The notes under the pieces are model-generated. The model saw only the letters and a list, made by a program, of their open reading frames with translations, did no database searches and was not told the DNA's origin. The translations under genes and the position numbers were made by a program. A DNA stretch of 6,105 bases from Paraphysomonas bandaiensis (Eukaryota; Protista; Chrysophyceae), in contig CBFFRP010000140.1 of NCBI GenBank assembly GCA_965644295.1, forward strand, positions 1-6,105, in the 5' to 3' direction. Below are positions 1 to 6,105 of this stretch, piece after piece. Position 1 is the stretch's first letter. Each line of letters begins with the position of its first letter.

Positions 1-635
1 GTTTTGTATCCGTATAGGTTATAGGGAAGTTTGCCGTCTCGAACTTTCATAATTCCGTTTCTTTTCTTCAGCCCTATATCCCTCTTATATGTAGCAATAG
101 CCGCACATATAGCTCTGTCAACCTCTACTGGCCAAACATGACCAACTTTACTCATATTCGGACTATCATATTCGTGCCACCAACGCAGAGCACTCTTATA
201 ATTTTGATACGTTTGTGCGCTTACAGTAACAACATTTTGTCCGGGATTAAGATCTCTTTCATTCATTATACTATCGCCAGTTGAAGGAGCGCTAGTAGTG
301 CATGCATTCTCTTGATTGATCTCGAATGAACTTCGCTTCTTCTTTCGCCGACTTGATTTCGCTAGGTGCCTGTTGATTGAGATGTATGCGAACAAAAGTT
401 TTGCGGTGTCTGCAGACATTGGAAGTTTCAGGACATATATATGCTTGGCGTCACCCGTATGCTTTCTAACATCCCCATCAACAATTTCCAATGCTTCGTT
501 TCGAATTGCAGGCTCCGCTTCATTCAGCAGTCCTGTCATAACTCGCAATTTGGATAAGTAGTGGGACTGTGTTGCTTTCATGACATTTCGTTCTGCCTGA
601 CCCTGAATAACGTGTTCTAATGCGGCTCGATTCAT
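1..635 (-). CDS. Crypton-type tyrosine recombinase, N-terminal part (runs off window start)
   Basis: Bases 1-927 match 2402-3328 (offset 2401). The ATG at 635-633 corresponds to the ATG at 3036-3034. It encodes MNRAALEHVIQG..., including the basic NLS-like run RRKKKR (333-350) and the SAQTYQNYKSALRWWH segment. Differences seen from the second copy: position 159 (synonymous Pro) and position 630 (Asn vs Lys at residue 2). Confidence 0.88.
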   Translation of the reverse strand, partial: MNRAALEHVIQGQAERNVMKATQSHYLSKLRVMTGLLNEAEPAIRNEALEIVDGDVRKHTGDAKHIYVLKLPMSADTAKLLFAYISINRHLAKSSRRKKKRSSFEINQENACTTSAPSTGDSIMNERDLNPGQNVVTVSAQTYQNYKSALRWWHEYDSPNMSKVGHVWPVEVDRAICAAIATYKRDIGLKKRNGIMKVRDGKLPYNLYGYK

Positions 636-779
636 CACTTTGTCTTGATGACCAATGTCAAAGTATATATATATCTTATGAACATCATAACAGCAAGATC
701 ATAGCTGCAAGATCGCACAAAAACAAACCGTTTGTGGCACTTTTCGGAGTCAAAAACTGGCGATTTTTTTAGTTTAGGT

Positions 780-881
780 TGTGTAATTCATTTTACATAG
801 TTCTTCTAGTTTCGCTAAACCCAAAAACTCACACACACTACAATAGAGAATAATTTTTTCTCGTGTAAATTATTTTACACA
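780..881. promoter_or_regulatory. Same two 7-6-7 pseudo-palindromes in the first copy
   Basis: 780-799 and 862-881 are identical to 3181-3200 and 3263-3282. Confidence 0.5.
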
Positions 882-928
882 ACTCCCAAAAATCCTGCCT
901 TTAGTTTTACATAGATCGGTGGGTTTTC

Positions 929-1001
929 GTATGTACATACTGCTGTACATACTGTACATACATACTGTACATACATACTGTACATACATACTGTACTGTA
1001 C
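929..1001. repeat. TGTAC(ATAC)n compound micro/minisatellite
   Basis: It begins with the 12-bp palindrome GTATGTACATAC (929-940). Three exact 13-bp units TGTACATACATAC lie at 953-991, with shorter variants on either side. Confidence 0.95.
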
Positions 1002-1324
1002 CTGGCATAGAGCGATAAAAGAATCGCGTTATATCGCGAGTGGCATCCTGCTCTGTACACAGCGCACAGCGCACAGCACAGATATACTCACATCAGCCAG
1101 GTACTGACACAACAATCACTTAAGCCGGTTATCGTGATTGTCTGAGCAGCTCAGTGATGAGATGAAGCACTCTGACATTGATGATTTCATCCTCTATCTA
1201 GCATACAGACATAGATAGACGGCTGCGATGGAAGGGACTACACGAGAGCGATTCCCGTTCCGACTGATCCTGACTCTTCACGATCTGTCCCATGTAAGGC
1301 CCTGTCTACCCATCATATGATACC

Positions 1325-1549
1325 ATATCTCCATATGGTGCATCTATGTGTGTTATATCTCCATATGGTGCATCTCTGTGTGTTATATCTCCATACGGTA
1401 CATCTCTGTGTGTTATATCTCCATATAGTGCATCTATGTGTGTTATATCACTGTGTCGTATATTATTGCGTGGTACAGCACCATATGTTATATTGCTGGA
1501 TAGTACATCACTCTATGCAATGTCACTAAATGGTATATCACCATGTCTT
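1325..1549. repeat. 30-bp minisatellite built from 15-bp subunits
   Basis: Four near-identical units ATATCTCCATATGGTGCATCTATGTGTGTT (1325-1444) are followed by about seven degenerate 15-bp units (1445-1549) in phase. Confidence 0.95.
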
Positions 1550-1797
1550 CTCACTACTATATTTTTTCTGATTGATATGTGTCATTACTAAATGAGTCAT
1601 CACAATACGTCATATCAGGTACCGACAGCTAGTTTTTTCTCTAGAAGTGGTGCGGTGCATGTACGTGTTGTCGCCCAGCGTACCACTCTAGCGAAGAGCT
1701 CTGCTGTACGTCGCGGAGCAGTAGGAGGGACAGGAGGGGTGAAATGGGAGGGAGGGTGTAAACTCTCTGTCTCACTGTTGCACACCTCCTTTATCCT

Positions 1798-3036
1798 TCA
1801 CTTGGTTATATGTGACTCAGATGGAGCGCATATAGGGAGGGCCTCGCTGGATGTCAGGACGGTCACCAGAGATGTGACTGCTCGAAGACACACTTGCGTT
1901 CTACTAGGGCCATCAATCCTCGAAACTGATGTCGACTCGGCAAATTTCCGGTTACTGTGAGTGCCGATATCTTCCCGAGCACAACCAAGATCCAACGAGG
2001 AGTCGATGTCCTTTTCCACTGCTTGAACTAATAGATTGTAGTATCTTTTCTCTTGGTCAGCCCCATCAAATACATATTCAGCATCTTCCGTACTTGTACA
2101 GTGCTTACACCACACATAAACAGCTAAGTCTAGAATAACACAAACTTCTGGCATAAATGGATTTGCGTATAAACGTTTCATATCTGTAGTTTTGGTGCCA
2201 GTTTGGTCCACTTTAGTAGTGCCAAAAACAATAGTTAGGGCATCGTTTATCCAATCCATGTTGCATGTTAAGATGTCGTCAATATTATCGGAACGACCAA
2301 TTGTATTCACTGACAACTTAGTGAATAGGGAGGCAAATAACCCTTCATGCCAAGACTGGCTTCTGGCAGTTGGAATCTTGCTCATGAAATGGGCACAAAT
2401 GGTTTTGTATCCGTATAGGTTATAGGGAAGTTTGCCGTCTCGAACTTTCATAATTCCGTTTCTTTTCTTCAGCCCTATATCCCTCTTATATGTAGCAATA
2501 GCCGCACATATAGCTCTGTCAACCTCTACTGGCCAAACATGACCAACTTTACTCATATTGGGACTATCATATTCGTGCCACCAACGCAGAGCACTCTTAT
2601 AATTTTGATACGTTTGTGCGCTTACAGTAACAACATTTTGTCCGGGATTAAGATCTCTTTCATTCATTATACTATCGCCAGTTGAAGGAGCGCTAGTAGT
2701 GCATGCATTCTCTTGATTGATCTCGAATGAACTTCGCTTCTTCTTTCGCCGACTTGATTTCGCTAGGTGCCTGTTGATTGAGATGTATGCGAACAAAAGT
2801 TTTGCGGTGTCTGCAGACATTGGAAGTTTCAGGACATATATATGCTTGGCGTCACCCGTATGCTTTCTAACATCCCCATCAACAATTTCCAATGCTTCGT
2901 TTCGAATTGCAGGCTCCGCTTCATTCAGCAGTCCTGTCATAACTCGCAATTTGGATAAGTAGTGGGACTGTGTTGCTTTCATGACATTTCGTTCTGCCTG
3001 ACCCTGAATAACGTGTTCTAATGCGGCTCGTTTCAT
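1798..3036 (-). CDS. 3'-truncated Crypton tyrosine recombinase (386 aa of YR + 26 unrelated aa); lacks catalytic Tyr and C-terminal half; possibly a pseudogene
   Basis: This is an uninterrupted ORF (track start GTG 3039, first ATG 3036). It matches the full protein through ...QVCLRA. At 1878/1877 it reads into unrelated sequence (VTSLVTVLTSSEALPICAPSESHITK*). The upstream region is intact. Confidence 0.85.
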   Translation of the reverse strand: MKRAALEHVIQGQAERNVMKATQSHYLSKLRVMTGLLNEAEPAIRNEALEIVDGDVRKHTGDAKHIYVLKLPMSADTAKLLFAYISINRHLAKSSRRKKKRSSFEINQENACTTSAPSTGDSIMNERDLNPGQNVVTVSAQTYQNYKSALRWWHEYDSPNMSKVGHVWPVEVDRAICAAIATYKRDIGLKKRNGIMKVRDGKLPYNLYGYKTICAHFMSKIPTARSQSWHEGLFASLFTKLSVNTIGRSDNIDDILTCNMDWINDALTIVFGTTKVDQTGTKTTDMKRLYANPFMPEVCVILDLAVYVWCKHCTSTEDAEYVFDGADQEKRYYNLLVQAVEKDIDSSLDLGCAREDIGTHSNRKFAESTSVSRIDGPSRTQVCLRAVTSLVTVLTSSEALPICAPSESHITK

Positions 3037-3328
3037 CACTTTGTCTTGATGACCAATGTCAAAGTATATATATATCTTATGAACATCATAACAGCAAGAT
3101 CATAGCTGCAAGATCGCACAAAAACAAACCGTTTGTGGCACTTTTCGGAGTCAAAAACTGGCGATTTTTTTAGTTTAGGTTGTGTAATTCATTTTACATA
3201 GTTCTTCTAGTTTCGCTAAACCCAAAAACTCACACACACTACAATAGAGAATAATTTTTTCTCGTGTAAATTATTTTACACAACTCCCAAAAATCCTGCC
3301 TTTAGTTTTACATAGATCGGTGGGTTTT
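1878..3328 (-). mobile_element. Truncated second copy of the element (1451-bp direct repeat)
   Basis: 1878-2400 = 5583-6105 and 2402-3328 = 1-927, with two substitutions found by eye (159/2560 and 630/3031). Confidence 0.92.
3181..3282. promoter_or_regulatory. Two 7-6-7 pseudo-palindromes in the element 5' region (candidate recombinase/regulator binding sites)
   Basis: TGTGTAA-ttcatt-TTACATA (3181-3200) and CGTGTAA-attatt-TTACACA (3263-3282). Confidence 0.5.
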
Positions 3329-3353
3329 TCTAAACGGTCGAAACTATGTAAAA
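3306..3353. other. Candidate recombination/attachment site (head-to-tail element junction)
   Basis: A perfect 10-bp inverted repeat, TTTTACATAG (3306-3315) / CTATGTAAAA (3344-3353), has a 28-bp spacer. An inner imperfect inverted repeat, GATCGGTGGG / CTAAACGGTC (6/10), surrounds TTTTT (3325-3329). The homology breakpoint with the other copy (3328/3329) lies at its centre. Confidence 0.6.
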
Positions 3354-4236
3354 TTGTGTAAATTACGTATTATTAGAGTATGTATTTTGTATATACGGTT
3401 GCTGGTATACTGGCAGGAGTGTGTTAGATGTGAGGGTCATGTGACCATAAATAGACACACAGACAGTCTATTGTGGGGTGAAATTATGACCCAACCTGCA
3501 GATTAAAACAAAGGACGATTGATGGAGTCGTTAATGGACTGACTTGACTTCACTGTACCGCAAGCTTCATGCTGTGCAAGACCAGTACGATGACTTTTAA
3601 CCGCTTGAGACAACTGCTTCATGTGTGTGGTTATTGCCTTAAGAAGAGACAGTGAAGTGGAAGAGGACCCTTACAAGAGGATAAAATACTGCTTGAGTCG
3701 TTATTTTGCAGAAGGTATGCTCAGTGTGCATCCTGTGAAGTTCTCCCGATAATTCAAGGATTCAAGTAATGTGACCGTTAGCATCTTCAATATCCATCAA
3801 TGGGGGACAGCGTTCATATTAGTATTATCAATGCATGCAATTAATAGAAAAAATATTTTGGGTAAATTATTTCCTATATATACACCTCTGTATCAGCATC
3901 GTGCTCCAGAAGTTGTCTCGGTGTAAGATCGGTACTTCTTATATACCACATACCGCAGAGTGACTGCTGTGTAAGTGTTCTGGATTGAGAGTAATGCTCT
4001 TAGGGTGTAATGCGCAGGTAACCAACTCTGGCCAACGGTGGTGCCCCATCCAGAACTATACTTCCAGCGACTCGCCAGGTATTGTGGATAAACAAGATTA
4101 CACGTCACCTCATGATAATAAACTTCTGACAAACAAAACTGCTGCGACTTCTCTGGAAATTATCCTTCTTGATGAGTATTATGTATATTACGTACTGGCG
4201 GTAATGCATACCGTACAACTGACAATGCACAACTGT

Positions 4237-4320
4237 ATATCGATTGTTGCACAAATCACACAGACAGTATGTATATATATAATATCGATTACACGAATCA
4301 CACTGACAGTATGTATATAT
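4237..4320. repeat. Imperfect ~40-bp tandem duplication downstream of the YR stop codon
   Basis: ATATCGATTgttgCACaAATCACACaGACAGTATGTATATAT (4237-4278) vs ATATCGATTaCACgAATCACACtGACAGTATGTATATAT (4282-4320). Confidence 0.85.
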
Positions 4321-4422
4321 CAGTTGTTATTATATTTAAATACTTCCGGTATTAATGTCATAAGACAGCGAATACTAAAAACCTTATTCTTTACTTATAA
4401 TATATATCACTTCCGAATACAG

Positions 4423-6105
4423 CTACCAACGATTTAATTTTCCTAATCTGTTAGCCAAAGTATTGATATTAAGATCATTAGGCCGCGCTGGCTTTCTATC
4501 GTATATTAAGTCTAACAAAATAGGGTATGTTGCATCAAACACTGAGCTACTATTCTGCATAGTAATTTCACCATCACCTCGTATGATACCTTTCTCCATT
4601 GCTAATCGAACAAGTGTTCGCATTACCTTGGAAGTTCGACTGCAGTTTGTGCTGCTACTCTTCCCCACGCAATGTTGCAGAGGTCGAACATACCGCAAGG
4701 GACCAATCTCATCGCGAGAATTGCCAAACCACCACAAACCCCACATTGTCCATACGTTGTAGGAAGGAAACTCAAACTTCTCCTTAGCAAAGTCTGAGCG
4801 TAGTCTCATGAAAGCATCTCTAGAAGGAGCTGACAATGAAGAACCTTGGTAAACATTACCTGACTCCAAGCGCTCAATCATTTTGTTCTGTTGCTGAGAC
4901 ATCTGCTGAATTGACTCCGTTAGTGTTTTGATGGGACCATTATCGTTGCTTAAAGCCGCTGATATCATTTCCAATATATCCTCCTTCCGAATTTCGACGG
5001 CTCCTTCAACTCTTACTCTCTTAAGAATTTCATTCACAATTTCTGTAGGTAACTCCCTCAGTTTTTGAGAAAGAGTCTCTTCGACAACACCCAAACGCTG
5101 CAACACTGATGATTTATCTTTATCTACTTCCGCCTTGAAGTTTCTTATCTCTCTTGATATCAAGATAATACCAGGTACACCTTCAGCGCTCATTCCTGTA
5201 TCAGTGCAGTACTGGTGACACAAAAGTACTTTATCCTTCAACGAGTTTAGAAGTGTAGGGTCTGTGAATATTGGCTGGCAGTGAATTGGATGTCGGGGAT
5301 GGTATAGCCGTTTAATGTTTCCTTCATGATGATGATAAACAAGACTAGCAAACAGCATTCTAATAATTCTTTGGAATCCCTCACAGTAGTAGTTATAGCT
5401 AGGTAAGATGTTGCCCCATCCATACTCATTTAACTGAATAACAGCAGCATTGCACCAATGTGGTGGAAGTACATCAAATTCGTCAGCGTTAAGTTTTAGT
5501 TGAGCTACCGTTCGCCCCACTAGCGCATCACCATCATCTTCGGAGAACATGTAGCAGTCCTGTGTTCTGCCTACACCTTGCCCTGCTCGAAGACACACTT
5601 GCGTTCTACTAGGGCCATCAATCCTCGAAACTGATGTCGACTCGGCAAATTTCCGGTTACTGTGAGTGCCGATATCTTCCCGAGCACAACCAAGATCCAA
5701 CGAGGAGTCGATGTCCTTTTCCACTGCTTGAACTAATAGATTGTAGTATCTTTTCTCTTGGTCAGCCCCATCAAATACATATTCAGCATCTTCCGTACTT
5801 GTACAGTGCTTACACCACACATAAACAGCTAAGTCTAGAATAACACAAACTTCTGGCATAAATGGATTTGCGTATAAACGTTTCATATCTGTAGTTTTGG
5901 TGCCAGTTTGGTCCACTTTAGTAGTGCCAAAAACAATAGTTAGGGCATCGTTTATCCAATCCATGTTGCATGTTAAGATGTCGTCAATATTATCGGAACG
6001 ACCAATTGTATTCACTGACAACTTAGTGAATAGGGAGGCAAATAACCCTTCATGCCAAGACTGGCTTCTGGCAGTTGGAATCTTGCTCATGAAATGGGCA
6101 CAAAT
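4423..6105 (-). CDS. Crypton-type tyrosine recombinase, catalytic and C-terminal part (frame open to the window edge; continues from 635..1 if the window is circular/tandem; full length 772 aa)
   Basis: The 555-aa ORF 4423..6090 has YR catalytic motifs in the expected order: GRSDN (Arg, 5998-6000), TKVDQTG (Lys, 5917-5919), GTHSNRK (HxxR, 5653-5664) and LRAGQGVGRTQDCY (Tyr, 5551-5553). These are followed by GDALVGRTVAQL...FDVLPPHW, matching the GTHSxRKG...RAGW...DxY...GDxxVGR...FxxLPPHF pattern of stramenopile Crypton YRs. A coiled-coil-like middle and a Trp-rich C-terminal block (FEFPSYNVWTMWGLWWFGN...IGPLR) follow. The Met at 6090 is internal, as shown by the copy at 1798..3036. Confidence 0.9.
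   Translation of the reverse strand: MCAHFMSKIPTARSQSWHEGLFASLFTKLSVNTIGRSDNIDDILTCNMDWINDALTIVFGTTKVDQTGTKTTDMKRLYANPFMPEVCVILDLAVYVWCKHCTSTEDAEYVFDGADQEKRYYNLLVQAVEKDIDSSLDLGCAREDIGTHSNRKFAESTSVSRIDGPSRTQVCLRAGQGVGRTQDCYMFSEDDGDALVGRTVAQLKLNADEFDVLPPHWCNAAVIQLNEYGWGNILPSYNYYCEGFQRIIRMLFASLVYHHHEGNIKRLYHPRHPIHCQPIFTDPTLLNSLKDKVLLCHQYCTDTGMSAEGVPGIILISREIRNFKAEVDKDKSSVLQRLGVVEETLSQKLRELPTEIVNEILKRVRVEGAVEIRKEDILEMISAALSNDNGPIKTLTESIQQMSQQQNKMIERLESGNVYQGSSLSAPSRDAFMRLRSDFAKEKFEFPSYNVWTMWGLWWFGNSRDEIGPLRYVRPLQHCVGKSSSTNCSRTSKVMRTLVRLAMEKGIIRGDGEITMQNSSSVFDATYPILLDLIYDRKPARPNDLNINTLANRLGKLNRW

Larger units (their letters stand above)
1..928 (-). mobile_element. Crypton-like transposon, 5' portion with apparent natural terminus at ~927/928
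   Basis: Identity with 2402-3328 ends abruptly after GATCGGTGGGTTTT (927). The next bases are CGTATGTAC here versus TCTAAACGG in the second copy. Confidence 0.8.
3326..6105 (-). mobile_element. Full-length Crypton-like transposon, 3' portion (element about 3.7 kb when joined to 1..928)
   Basis: It contains the YR C-terminal coding region plus ~1.1 kb downstream, ending at the inverted-repeat-flanked junction at ~3325-3330. The repeat offset between 1878 and 5583 is 3705 bp. Assigning 3330-4422 to the element is an inference from the subterminal inverted repeat at 3344-3353. Confidence 0.65.

Noticed and set aside
316-561. Plus-strand ORFs 316..561, 1929..2138, 2192..2425, 2717..2962, 4463..4762, 4599..4787, 5634..5843 and minus ORF 5247..5429
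   Set aside because: These are antisense or alternate-frame shadows of the recombinase gene, repeated only because the DNA is duplicated.
875-1107. ORFs 875..1060 and 919..1107
   Set aside because: They are translations of the TGTACATAC microsatellite that straddle the element boundary.
1334-1368. TATGG pentamers in the minisatellite as CryptonS termini
   Set aside because: Neither homology breakpoint (927/928, 1877/1878) coincides with them.
1325-1444. 30-bp repeats as a CRISPR array
   Set aside because: The units are directly adjacent with no unique spacers and no cas genes are present; this is a minisatellite.
1317-1960. Plus-strand ORFs 1317..1529, 1346..1591 and 1592..1960
   Set aside because: The first two are open because of the stop-free repeat. 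The third crosses the truncation junction antisense to the YR. None has recognisable motifs.
1878-3328. 1451-bp direct repeat as an LTR or target-site duplication
   Set aside because: It is mostly recombinase coding sequence, ends mid-gene and is far too long for a TSD.
3893-4437. ORFs 3985..4437 (+) and 3893..4132 (-)
   Set aside because: The plus-strand ORF has a non-ATG start and runs through AT-rich repeat sequence; the minus-strand ORF is short. Neither shows a recognisable domain.
4423-6105. Bacterial/phage integrase or DIRS retrotransposon
   Set aside because: The long C-terminal extension, LPPH motif, NLS-like run and satellite context point to a eukaryotic Crypton. No reverse transcriptase, RNase H or gag ORF is present.

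Overview
This window is eukaryotic-looking DNA dominated by a Crypton-type (tyrosine-recombinase, YR) DNA transposon on the minus strand. Its motifs best match, from memory, the stramenopile CryptonS group. The window ends are contiguous within the element. Bases 5583-6105, one missing G, and bases 1-927 together reproduce the internal segment 1878-3328 (1451 bp; 2 substitutions seen). The window therefore behaves as a ~6106-bp circle or tandem-repeat unit. It contains: (i) one complete ~3.7-kb element (~3326-6105 + 1-~928) encoding a 772-aa YR protein that runs across the window edge; (ii) a head-to-tail 3'-truncated copy (1878-3328) encoding a 412-aa YR that stops just before the catalytic tyrosine; (iii) a 950-bp unrelated, repeat-rich segment (928-1877). 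The element boundary falls in a T-run at the centre of an inverted-repeat-flanked site (3306-3353), a candidate recombination (att/circle-junction) site. A cluster of TGTGTAA/TTACAYA motifs around it could be recombinase-binding sites. No database search was run; family assignments rest on motif recognition.
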